From an uncultured Spirochaetales bacterium (GTDB lineage Bacteria; Spirochaetota; Spirochaetia; Treponematales; Treponemataceae): DNA of 60,464 nucleotides. A program made the position numbers and the translations under genes. Each line of letters opens with the position of its first letter. The first letter of the stretch is position 1. Under the pieces are notes generated by a model. It was not told the origin of the DNA and searched no databases. It was given only the letters and a program-made list of their open reading frames with translations. Where the stretch lies: assembly GCA_946406925.1 (NCBI GenBank), contig CAMJMF010000001.1:1-60464 (forward strand), in the 5' to 3' direction. Positions 6,752 through 15,160 of the stretch are shown one piece after another.

Positions 6752-9130
6752 TTGAAAAAGGCTTCATTATATTTTTTATGTCTTATCCTGATTATTGCTG
6801 TTGCTGTTTCTTGCGGTGGTGGCGGAGGAGGCGGCGGTGGTGGAGCCATTGCATTGAACCATGGACTCCATAACGGCGGTGATGCCGGCGGCTGGGGTAA
6901 TGGAAACCATACTGGTAACGGTTTTGGCGGCAACGGCGGCATTGGTTCAGGCGATGATGGTGAAATAGTAATCACCGGCAGCACGCCGCTCAATGTAACA
7001 AAATATGTCTATAACGGCACAGAATATTCAGATGTAACAGCACTTACAACAGCACTTAGGGCATCTGGTGAGCTGCCTGATTCATTTAATATTGATTTTT
7101 ACGTTGACAGCGAAACAACGCCCAGAACGGCGCGCGTAACTGCAAACGGCCAAGCAAATAACGGAAACGACATTTTTATTGAGCACCAGTATAAGGCCGT
7201 TTTTCCGGCTTCAGATGGCAGCGGCGGAATTGAAGAAGTCTTATTTTATAAAAGAGACGGAATTAAACTGCCGGGCGACCCGGCCGGAACAGTAGAGAAC
7301 GGCTTTACTTTTGAAACAAACTGGAACATAGACGGCTCGCATTATCCATGCGGAAGTACGATAGGCGTTGCAACTTCCGGCGACGTGGATTTTTCAACTG
7401 CAACACAGGAAATTGCGTCTTACGGTTTCAAAGAAGATAACGGCGACTACATTTTGGGCTTTAGGAGCTCGCCGGCACCAACCGGTGATATTGCAATTCA
7501 TACAAACAAGGTCATAAAACAAGTTGATCTGACTTCAGGCAGTTCTATGAATCTTGATTTTACTGGTGTAACTTTCAAAAACAACGTGATAGATTCTTCT
7601 TCTTTTACAGGAACACGCTCAAATCTTGCAGGCATAACACTGCCCTCTGGACTGACAGCTATTGGGGATTATACATTTTTGACTGGATATAGCAACTTAG
7701 AAACTGTTGTTATACCTGGCAGTGTTACGTCAATAGGCGACCTCGCTTTTAAAAGCTGCAGTGCTCTTGAAAACATTACTATTTTAGGTTCAGGACTGCA
7801 GACGATAGGTGATAGCGCATTTTACAGCTGTTCATCTTTGCAGGCTTTTGAAATGCCGAACAGCGTTACAACTCTTGGCGAAAATGCGTTCTACGGCTGT
7901 TCAGATTTGGCTACGCTTACTCTAAGCAATCACCTGACAGAAATTCCCAATAATGCATTTTATGGCTGCAGTAATCTAGATTCAACCCTTGATATTCCAG
8001 CCAGTGTTACCGCAATAGGAAATTCTGCTTTTCAAGATTGCTCATCTATTGACGCTCTTACATTACACACTGGTTTGACGGCAATAGGTGATAATGCTTT
8101 TCAAGGTTGTTCAGACTTGGATGCAGTTTCTATACCGAACGGTGTTACAACAATAGGCACTGCAGCATTTCTATTATGCTCTGATTTGGCACAAATATCT
8201 ATTCCGCCATCTGTAAACAGCATTGGCAACAGTGCTTTCAATAGTGTAAAAACTGATTGTGTATTGACTATTAATAATAATGGCACTCCAATCACATTAG
8301 GTGGTCCACTGGCACTGCCAAATTCAAATTTCAGTGTGAGTCTTACAGGTTCATCAATTCCTATGCAAGCTGGTGGTACAGCGTCTATATTTGATAGTAA
8401 TACAAATTTAACAGAGGTTACATTAGCAGATAGTGTATCAGCAATTCCTGCTAATGCTTTTAATGGTTGTTCGGATCTTGCAGAAATAACAATATCTTCA
8501 AATATTGATTCAATAGGTGCTGGTGCCTTTAATGGTATAGCATCTGGTATTACAATTACTTTTGAAAGTAATCAAAATATATCGCCATGTAATCTGCCGA
8601 CAACACCTTTTAATGTTGTATTATTATCTGGTGTTCCAACAAATAACGCCGAATCAATATTCGAAAGTGTGCAATCATTACAATCTGTTGTATTTAAAGG
8701 CGGTCAGCTTGCTGTTAATATGGCATTTTCCGGTTGTGATAATTTAACGACAGTTACTTTTAATTCTTATCCGTCAGCAATTGCTATCAATATATTCCCT
8801 GATGATGTTCACGGCATAATTTTTGATCCGTATCCCAACATCATGGACAATGTTGCGAATGTAAGCAGGTTATTAACTCCCGGCAGAGATTTTTCATCAT
8901 CAGGTCATCCGTTGACAGTTACGTTCAAAAATAATTCTACAACAACTATGACCATACAGTCAGGTGCTTTTGATTTTACTGGCGCAGAGAATATAACCTA
9001 TAACTTTGAAGCTGCCCCAGATCATAATATGGTTTATAAAGACGTAGACTGTTTCAAGACAGGTGCAACCGCACACTATAATGGAACAACTTATCATTGG
9101 AACGCCACTTCTAAATCTTGGCAGCCGTAA
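6752..9130 (+). CDS. BspA/LrrA-type leucine-rich-repeat surface lipoprotein, paralog 1
   Basis: TTG start at 6752, homologous to the only possible start of the paralog, with SD GAGGAAA. Signal peptide and lipobox AVAVSC, then Gly10. About 9-11 LRR units of the type IPxSVTxIGxxAFxxCSxL (about 7622-8245 and 8405-8530). Confidence 0.8.
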   Translation: MKKASLYFLCLILIIAVAVSCGGGGGGGGGGAIALNHGLHNGGDAGGWGNGNHTGNGFGGNGGIGSGDDGEIVITGSTPLNVTKYVYNGTEYSDVTALTTALRASGELPDSFNIDFYVDSETTPRTARVTANGQANNGNDIFIEHQYKAVFPASDGSGGIEEVLFYKRDGIKLPGDPAGTVENGFTFETNWNIDGSHYPCGSTIGVATSGDVDFSTATQEIASYGFKEDNGDYILGFRSSPAPTGDIAIHTNKVIKQVDLTSGSSMNLDFTGVTFKNNVIDSSSFTGTRSNLAGITLPSGLTAIGDYTFLTGYSNLETVVIPGSVTSIGDLAFKSCSALENITILGSGLQTIGDSAFYSCSSLQAFEMPNSVTTLGENAFYGCSDLATLTLSNHLTEIPNNAFYGCSNLDSTLDIPASVTAIGNSAFQDCSSIDALTLHTGLTAIGDNAFQGCSDLDAVSIPNGVTTIGTAAFLLCSDLAQISIPPSVNSIGNSAFNSVKTDCVLTINNNGTPITLGGPLALPNSNFSVSLTGSSIPMQAGGTASIFDSNTNLTEVTLADSVSAIPANAFNGCSDLAEITISSNIDSIGAGAFNGIASGITITFESNQNISPCNLPTTPFNVVLLSGVPTNNAESIFESVQSLQSVVFKGGQLAVNMAFSGCDNLTTVTFNSYPSAIAINIFPDDVHGIIFDPYPNIMDNVANVSRLLTPGRDFSSSGHPLTVTFKNNSTTTMTIQSGAFDFTGAENITYNFEAAPDHNMVYKDVDCFKTGATAHYNGTTYHWNATSKSWQP

Positions 9131-9235
9131 GAAAGGCATTTAGGGCAGATTGCTTCGCTTCGGCTCGCAATTGACGCTCGCGCTGTGCACCGTCTTTTAC
9201 GCCTTAATTTACTCTGAAAAACAAAAGCAAATATA

Positions 9236-9263
9236 TTGACATTCTAGAGATATATACTATATT
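9236..9263 (+). promoter_or_regulatory. sigma-70-type promoter of LRR lipoprotein gene 2
   Basis: TTGACA (9236-9241), 16-nt spacer, TATATT (9258-9263). Confidence 0.55.
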
Positions 9264-9305
9264 TTTTTATAAATATATTTTTATTGCATATCTCGAGGAA
9301 AAGCT

Positions 9306-11216
9306 TTGAAAAAGGCTTCATTATATTTTATATGTCTTATATCAATTATTGCTGTTGCTGTTTCTTGCGGCGGCGGCGGTGGTGGAGGCGGCGGTGCCGT
9401 TGCATTTAAGCAGAATTCCGGTTTCCATAATGGTGGAGACGCAGGCGGCTGGGGCACAGGCAACGCAACTGGCAACGGCTTTGGCGGTAACGGTGGAGGA
9501 CTCGGCTCAAGTGGTGATTCAAACATCGTTATTACAGGCTCAACCCCACTTGAAGTAGGAACTTACACCTACAACGGCGCATCTTATGACAGCGTAGAAG
9601 CCCTTTATGCCGCACTGGCAGCAAGCACACTAGAAGACGTATTCTATGTTGATTTTCAGGTTGAAGGCGAGAGCTCGCCAAGAACAGCGCGGGTTACGGC
9701 AAACGGCAAATCAAATGACGGCAACGACATTCTTATAGAACACCAGTACAAGGCACTTTTTCCAGACGGAAACGGCGGCTCTGAAGAAGTTTTATTCTAC
9801 AAGAGAGACGGAATTGAGCTGCCGGGCGGAAGTGGAACAGTAACTATAGACGACTTTGAGTTTGAAAAAGGCTGGCAGATTGACGGAAGCTTTGCCCCGG
9901 CTGGTTCAATAATAGGAGTTGCTTCTGGCGGAGACGTTGACCTGCAGAACCGTGCCGTGCTTAAAACCGCTGTATATGGCTATAAAGCAGATACAGGTGC
10001 TTCTGGCGGCTACATTCTTGGATTTAATTCAAGTGAACTGACAGCTGGCGACACTGTTACTGTAACCACTGATAGAAAAATAACAAAACTGAAACTGCCG
10101 TCAACCTCTATTGGCTTTCTTGATTTGTCTGGAGCAACTGATTTTAAGACAGTAAACCTTGAACCTGACAACGCTGGCAGCCTTCAAGAAATAAAACTGC
10201 CAAGTAATGCAGAAACAATCGCAATGTCTGCATTTTCTGGTTGTACTAATCTTAACAGCGTTACTTTGCCGTCTACTCTTACAAGTATTCAGACTGAGGC
10301 TTTTTTGGGCTGTTCCAATCTGCAGTCAATCACAATTCCTGCTGGAGTTACAAGTCTTGCTGATGATACTTTCAAAAATTGTTCTTCTTTATCGTCTGTT
10401 ACTTTTGCCCCTGGTTCACAGTTGACAACAATTAACAAGCGTGTCTTTGAGGGTTGCTCTTCTCTGAGCACAATCACATTGCCGTCTACATTAACCTCAA
10501 TAAGTGATGATGCTTTTAAGAATTGCTCTGGTCTTACTTCAATAAACATTCCTTCAAATGTCACTTCTATCGGTTCTGGTGCCTTCAATGGGGCAGGAGA
10601 TATATTAGGTATGATGATTACATTTGAAGGCAACAAGAAATTCCAATCTGTTGCTTTGCCTGATAGGCTTTATAAAGTTACACTTGAAAACGGAGTTCCA
10701 ACAAATTCAAGTAATGCTTCTATATTTCAAAATGATACTAACTTGATAGAGCTGACATTTCAAGGCGGTCAGCTTGGTGTTAATAATACATTCGCAGGTT
10801 GTATTGCCTTGGCAACGGTTACTTTTAACTCTTATCCGTCAGACGTTAGTTCAAGGTCAAATGTATTGCCTAATGAAACTAGCGAAATCATTTTTATGCC
10901 AGGTATGGTGCCTATTACTAATGTTTCGAGTGTAGGAAACTTATTCGCTTCTGGCAGAAATTTTTCATCTACTGGTTCACCATTGACTGTTACGTTTGAG
11001 AATGGTTCTTCTTCTATTAGAATAAATTCAAATGCTTTTAATTTTGATGGTGCAGAGAATATTATATATCAGTTTTCAACTGACCCACCAGATACTAATA
11101 TGATTTATGACGATGGAACCTGTTTTAAATCTGTTCCAGTCCCCGCACATACTGGAGCTTATATTTGGACCAGCGAAAGCGTCGGAAGCAACGGAAGCAT
11201 CGGAAGATGGCTATAG
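9306..11216 (+). CDS. BspA/LrrA-type leucine-rich-repeat surface lipoprotein, paralog 2
   Basis: TTG start at 9306 with SD GAGGAAA. Lipobox AVAVSC, then Gly9. N-terminal domain (PRTARVTANG...IEHQYKA.FP...EEVLFYKRDGI) and C-terminal domain (VTFNSYPS...PLTVTF) are shared with paralog 1. About 6 LRR units (about 10179-10589). Confidence 0.8.
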   Translation: MKKASLYFICLISIIAVAVSCGGGGGGGGGAVAFKQNSGFHNGGDAGGWGTGNATGNGFGGNGGGLGSSGDSNIVITGSTPLEVGTYTYNGASYDSVEALYAALAASTLEDVFYVDFQVEGESSPRTARVTANGKSNDGNDILIEHQYKALFPDGNGGSEEVLFYKRDGIELPGGSGTVTIDDFEFEKGWQIDGSFAPAGSIIGVASGGDVDLQNRAVLKTAVYGYKADTGASGGYILGFNSSELTAGDTVTVTTDRKITKLKLPSTSIGFLDLSGATDFKTVNLEPDNAGSLQEIKLPSNAETIAMSAFSGCTNLNSVTLPSTLTSIQTEAFLGCSNLQSITIPAGVTSLADDTFKNCSSLSSVTFAPGSQLTTINKRVFEGCSSLSTITLPSTLTSISDDAFKNCSGLTSINIPSNVTSIGSGAFNGAGDILGMMITFEGNKKFQSVALPDRLYKVTLENGVPTNSSNASIFQNDTNLIELTFQGGQLGVNNTFAGCIALATVTFNSYPSDVSSRSNVLPNETSEIIFMPGMVPITNVSSVGNLFASGRNFSSTGSPLTVTFENGSSSIRINSNAFNFDGAENIIYQFSTDPPDTNMIYDDGTCFKSVPVPAHTGAYIWTSESVGSNGSIGRWL

Positions 11217-11266
11217 CCATGGAAATGCACTGTGGCGAAGGGCAGCGGCGATGTACACAGGCTCGC

Positions 11267-11469
11267 TTTGTAGATAATTCGGGGGTTCTTAGGGGTTCTT
11301 TTCGCAGTAGTCTAAACTTACGTTGAAGTCAAATCAGCGAAATTCTTTTCGCTGTAGTTTAATCTTACATTGAAGCCTATTTGGCGAAAAGTGTCGCTTT
11401 TTGCTTCCGCAAAAACCGACAGCAGGTGTACATGAGCTGCTTTGTTGGAGATTACTGTTGCGAAAAGAG
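11267..11469. repeat. modular intergenic repeat family, locus 2 (X, two T modules and H in reverse orientation, TGTACA, one forward T module)
   Basis: TTTGTAGATAATTCGGG 11267-11283. Reverse T modules start with CTTTTCGC at 11298 and 11345. Reverse H hairpin 11393-11420; TGTACA 11427-11432. Forward T module 11444-11469 ends in GTTGCGAAAAGAG. Confidence 0.8.
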
Positions 11470-11624
11470 TGCCTCGGAAGAAGGAGTTGAACTGCCCCTT
11501 AAAAGTTCCAACACTTCCAAGTGTCAAAGAAAATTGTAAAATCTTTCAGAATCTTTGCAAACAGGTACAGAAAAAACGAAAACCTCACATATATATCTAA
11601 TAAACATTTGTGAGGTTTAAAAAT

Positions 11625-12452
11625 ATGGAAAAATTCATAAAGCCTAAGCCGTTTGAAAAACTGACATGTTCAGACAATTTCATGTTTGCAAAAGTTATGG
11701 AAGATCCTGATTTATGCAAGAGCGTGCTGGAAATACTGCTCGACATCAAAATCAGCAAGCTTTCTTACCCAGAGCCGGAAAAGACAATACAGACAGCGCC
11801 GGACGCAAGAGGTATAAGGCTTGATGTACACACGCACGACGGCAAGCATGACTTTGATATTGAAATGCAAACCACTCTTTACAAGGAACTGCGCAAAAGA
11901 AGCCGTTACTATCAGAGCCTTATGGACGTTGACTATCTCTTGAAAGGTCACCCTTATTCTAAGCTGAAAGAGAACATAGTAATCTTTATCTGCCTTGATG
12001 ACCTTTTCAAGCAAGGGCTGCCTGTGTACACATTTGAGAACACCTGCCGCGAAAATAATTCAGTCAAACTTGAAGACAGAACACTTAAAGTATTCTATAA
12101 TTGTAGCAGCTGGCAGAATGTAGCTTCAAAAGAACAGGCCGAATTACTTAAGTTTCTGCTTACGGACAAAGCCGAAAGCAGTCTTTGTAAAAAGCTCAAA
12201 GAGCGGGAGAAAAAGATAAAAATGACAGCACGCGCACAGAAAGAATACATGGACTATTGTGAAATAACCCAGGGCTATTACAATACAGGCAAAGAAGACG
12301 GCTATAAGCAGGGCGAAGAGCATGCTAAGCTTGAAAATGCGCAAAACATGATTTTAACAAATCTTGGCACGTTGGAGCAGATAGCACGTTGTACAGGGCT
12401 TCCGCTAGAAAAAGTACGTGAGCTTGCTACTGAACTGCAAGCAAAAGCATAA
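11625..12452 (+). CDS. Rpn-family recombination-promoting nuclease / putative transposase (PD-(D/E)XK, transposase_31-like)
   Basis: ATG at 11625 with SD GAGG 9 nt upstream. N-terminal FMFAKVMEDPDLCKSVLEILL, nuclease core RLDVH...DFDIEMQ, RSRYYQS. C-terminal LEQIARCTGLPLEKVRELA helix. Paralog at 40402-41187. Confidence 0.8.
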   Translation: MEKFIKPKPFEKLTCSDNFMFAKVMEDPDLCKSVLEILLDIKISKLSYPEPEKTIQTAPDARGIRLDVHTHDGKHDFDIEMQTTLYKELRKRSRYYQSLMDVDYLLKGHPYSKLKENIVIFICLDDLFKQGLPVYTFENTCRENNSVKLEDRTLKVFYNCSSWQNVASKEQAELLKFLLTDKAESSLCKKLKEREKKIKMTARAQKEYMDYCEITQGYYNTGKEDGYKQGEEHAKLENAQNMILTNLGTLEQIARCTGLPLEKVRELATELQAKA

Positions 12453-12480
12453 CTCTTTTCGCAACCGTTAGCAATCGTAA
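12453..12480 (-). repeat. repeat-family T-module copy in reverse orientation
   Basis: CTCTTTTCGCAACCGTTAGCAATCGTAA; its reverse complement ends in GGTTGCGAAAAGAG. Confidence 0.6.
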
Positions 12481-12491
12481 ATTAAACTTAC

Positions 12492-13523
12492 CTAAGGAGT
12501 TTCAGTCACCTGCACGTCAAAAGAAACTGAAATATTGTAGGTCTTGCCGTTTATGGCTGTAACGGCTTTTGAAACTTCGTAGTCGCCGATAACGAATTTG
12601 ACAGTATGCTCGCCGGGTTGAACGGTTATAGGCTTGTCACCCCAAGAAGCCGGTACACCGTCTATGAACACAGACGCGTTGTCCGGCGCAGTAATTATAA
12701 GCGACGGAGCAGTGTCTCTAAGCTGCACCTCAAGCTTTGTGGTTTTTGCCTGGTCAATTGCAAAAGTGCGCACTTCTGTGCGGTAGTGCTCAGAAGTAAC
12801 CGCCAGATAGTGCATTCCGGCTGCAAGCTTAATCGGTTTTTCGTAGTTGGTGACAGGCTTTTCGTCTATAAAAACCGCAATGCCTTTGTGTTCTTTGTCA
12901 GGGTAAACAAGCGATAAATCGAACACGCCTTCGTCAGAAAACAAAGGCTTTACAGAAACTTCAAAAACAAGCTCCTCAACATTTTCAGGCAGCAGCTTGG
13001 TTATAGGCTGAAGCCGCAAAAATACAGTGTTGTTGCCTTCAACAATTGAATAAGGCATCAGTGTAGCGTACGGAGTTTCCTCTATAGAATGATTTTCTGA
13101 AAAAGGAATCTGTAAGACCATGCTGAGGCGCGCCGGCAGAGTATTGATGTAAATGCGCTTGCCGGTAAAATCAAAAGTGTTTTCGTCAGGCACCGGCGAA
13201 ATATTCGTATAAAACGAAAAACCGATGCAGTGTTTGTAGACAAGCATATCAGCCGGAAGCTTGAATTCAAGCTCAATGCCTTTGAGAAACTGCTTTTCGT
13301 CCGGCAGCGTTATTGCAAGCACGTCGTTAAAGCCGAGCGGTTCAGTGTGAACAGAAACTTCTTTGCGCATATCTGCAACGTGTGTCTGCCTTACGCGGAA
13401 AGATTCTGCGCTGACACTGTTCAGCGACAATAAAAAAGCCGCCGCAAAAAGGCACGTAATGCTGCGTTTTGAGAAAAATCTTGAAATGTCATGCCACAAA
13501 CCTGTGGTAGTTAATGCTCTCAT
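12492..13523 (-). CDS. secreted PEGA-domain-like protein
   Basis: 343 aa. Signal peptide (LFAAAFLLSLNSVSA). C-terminal VFIDGVP...VQPGEHTVKF PEGA-like segment. ATGA overlap with the upstream M23 gene. Confidence 0.6.
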   Translation of the reverse strand: MRALTTTGLWHDISRFFSKRSITCLFAAAFLLSLNSVSAESFRVRQTHVADMRKEVSVHTEPLGFNDVLAITLPDEKQFLKGIELEFKLPADMLVYKHCIGFSFYTNISPVPDENTFDFTGKRIYINTLPARLSMVLQIPFSENHSIEETPYATLMPYSIVEGNNTVFLRLQPITKLLPENVEELVFEVSVKPLFSDEGVFDLSLVYPDKEHKGIAVFIDEKPVTNYEKPIKLAAGMHYLAVTSEHYRTEVRTFAIDQAKTTKLEVQLRDTAPSLIITAPDNASVFIDGVPASWGDKPITVQPGEHTVKFVIGDYEVSKAVTAINGKTYNISVSFDVQVTETP

Positions 13524-14476
13524 TTTTTTGTAAAAAGCGAGTTCGGCGGCTGCTGTGCTCTTCCGCCTATTCTCATTTCAAAATGAAGATGCGGACCTGT
13601 TGACCAGCCTGTTGTGCCGACCTTGCCGATTGTATTGCCTTTTTCAACGCGCATTCCCATCTTCACGTCTATTGCGCTAAGGTGGGCATATAAGCTCTGC
13701 GTGCTGTTGTCATGCTTTAGAACGATATAATTGCCGTAAACTGTGTCTGTTCCCGTTGTTTCTACAATTCCGCCTCTTGCGGCAAGAACAGGCGTGCCGA
13801 TAGGTGCTGCAAGATCAACACCCTGATGAAATTTCTCCATTCCGGTAATCGGGCTTATTCTCATGCCGAAAGACGATGTAAGCACGCCCTGCGGCAGCGG
13901 AGAGGATAGGGCTGTATCAAGATAAAACGCCCGTTCTGTCGGTTCAAAGCGCTCACCGCACAGAAAGAAGAATCTTTCATTATTAATAGTGTAACACGGA
14001 GTTTCATCTTCTTTAAAGTTTTTTTTGGAAAGAATTATCTCTAAAGTTGTTTCTGGTGTTGTCGGAATAAAAAGCCCAGGAGCTGTCGGCAGAATAATAT
14101 CAACATTTTCAAGCTGTGCGTCAGAAGAAGAAAATCTGTTGAGCGTGGCAATTGTTTCCTGCGGAATATTGCATCTTGCGGAAACTGTCATTATTGTGTC
14201 GCCTTTTATGCCTGTGTATGTGTAAAGCCCCAGAAAAGGCGTGTTTCCCTGTGCTATAAGCTTGTATGACTGTTCGACGTCCTGCTGATACTGCTTGAAC
14301 ATCGGGTTTCTGGATTGTAGTTCTGGAATGTGCGGGTAGCAGCCGCTTGAATTTGCACTTAATGCAGCAAAGCTGAAAAACGAATAAACAGATACTAATA
14401 AAATCTTAGTGAATGTTCTCAGAGTCTTTAATGTTGTTGTCCTGTGTTTTTGCCGTTCTAAATGCAAGAATTCCAT
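13520..14476 (-). CDS. M23 family metallopeptidase with LysM-like domain
   Basis: 318 aa. HQGVDLAAPIGTPV, YGNYIVLKH, SLYAHLS and GPHLHFE motifs. LysM-like YTGIKGDTIMTVSARCNIPQETIATLN. Confidence 0.85.
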   Translation of the reverse strand: MEFLHLERQKHRTTTLKTLRTFTKILLVSVYSFFSFAALSANSSGCYPHIPELQSRNPMFKQYQQDVEQSYKLIAQGNTPFLGLYTYTGIKGDTIMTVSARCNIPQETIATLNRFSSSDAQLENVDIILPTAPGLFIPTTPETTLEIILSKKNFKEDETPCYTINNERFFFLCGERFEPTERAFYLDTALSSPLPQGVLTSSFGMRISPITGMEKFHQGVDLAAPIGTPVLAARGGIVETTGTDTVYGNYIVLKHDNSTQSLYAHLSAIDVKMGMRVEKGNTIGKVGTTGWSTGPHLHFEMRIGGRAQQPPNSLFTKK

Positions 14477-14861
14477 AAAGTAATACCATCAGGATAATTG
14501 ATGCCAGGGCAAAGAACAGCTTTTCTTTGTATAAAAATATGAATGCCGAAATAATGCCGGAAAGCAGAACAAGACATTTCAGTGTATTTTTAAGACTTGT
14601 CTTCAAAAGAATCTTTTTTTGCTGTGCTGTACCTGCAAGTTTTATCCTGTTTAATAATCGGAAAAAAAGCAGAATAACAAGAGCAATAACACATGTATAA
14701 ATTATAAATAAGCTGTATTGGTCAGGAAAAGTAACCGCAAATTTCCATAAAGGAAAGACGAATATAAAAGCAATGCCTGCGCAGACGCAGAGCAGAAATA
14801 AAGTTTTGATTAATATAGAAAGAAGTGCGGCATAACCGCGGAAAATGTCACGAATCATCAT
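14406..14861 (-). CDS. small polytopic membrane protein
   Basis: Four hydrophobic helices. Start moved to the ATG at 14861 because the longer GTG-initiated ORF would begin inside the ferredoxin terminator hairpin. Confidence 0.55.
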   Translation of the reverse strand: MMIRDIFRGYAALLSILIKTLFLLCVCAGIAFIFVFPLWKFAVTFPDQYSLFIIYTCVIALVILLFFRLLNRIKLAGTAQQKKILLKTSLKNTLKCLVLLSGIISAFIFLYKEKLFFALASIILMVLLYGILAFRTAKTQDNNIKDSENIH

Positions 14862-14866
14862 TGAAT

Positions 14867-14897
14867 AAAAAAAGACCGAAGCTTGCACCTCGGTCTT
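14867..14897 (-). terminator. Rho-independent terminator of the ferredoxin gene
   Basis: AAGACCGA-10 nt-TCGGTCTT with an A-run on the plus strand (T-run in minus sense), 15 nt after the stop. Confidence 0.65.
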
Positions 14898-14911
14898 CTA
14901 AAATAAAGTTA

Positions 14912-15082
14912 TTAGTCTTCTACGATTGCTGATGTTGGGCATGCTGAAGCGCATGTACCGCAACCTGCGCATGTATTAGCATCAATTTCACGTTTTCCGT
15001 TCTGTTCGCTGATTGCTCCAACAGGACATTCACCTTCACATGCACCGCAGTTTACACAAGCATCTGTTACCTTATAAGCCAT
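14912..15082 (-). CDS. 2x[4Fe-4S] ferredoxin
   Basis: 56 aa from MAYKVTDACVNCGACEGECP...CAGCGTCASACP, i.e. two CxxCxxCxxxCP clusters. Confidence 0.85.
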   Translation of the reverse strand: MAYKVTDACVNCGACEGECPVGAISEQNGKREIDANTCAGCGTCASACPTSAIVED

Positions 15083-15160
15083 TGTAAAACCTCTCTTAGA
15101 GTAATATAATATGGAGCATATCATAGAATTAATCTAAATACAAGATATATCGGAGAAATT

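Larger units (their letters stand above)
11444..12480 (+). mobile_element. candidate IS-like unit: Rpn/PD-(D/E)XK putative transposase gene bracketed by inverted T-module repeats
   Basis: GTTGCGAAAAGAG at 11457-11469 and its exact reverse complement CTCTTTTCGCAAC at 12453-12465. The second copy starts immediately after the stop codon. The two enclose only the Rpn ORF. Confidence 0.3.

Noticed and set aside
6721-6993. Antisense ORFs with long proline runs (6721-6993 and 9281-9526, minus strand).
   Set aside because: They are the reverse-complement reading of the GGN-rich Gly tracts at the 5' ends of the two LRR genes. They have no SD and no independent support.
14406-14476. The 71-nt overlap between the membrane-protein gene and the M23 peptidase gene, read as a sign of a frameshifted fusion gene.
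   Set aside because: The peptidase ORF has its own N-terminal signal peptide after the overlap, and the upstream ORF ends naturally. No evidence of a disrupted single frame was found.
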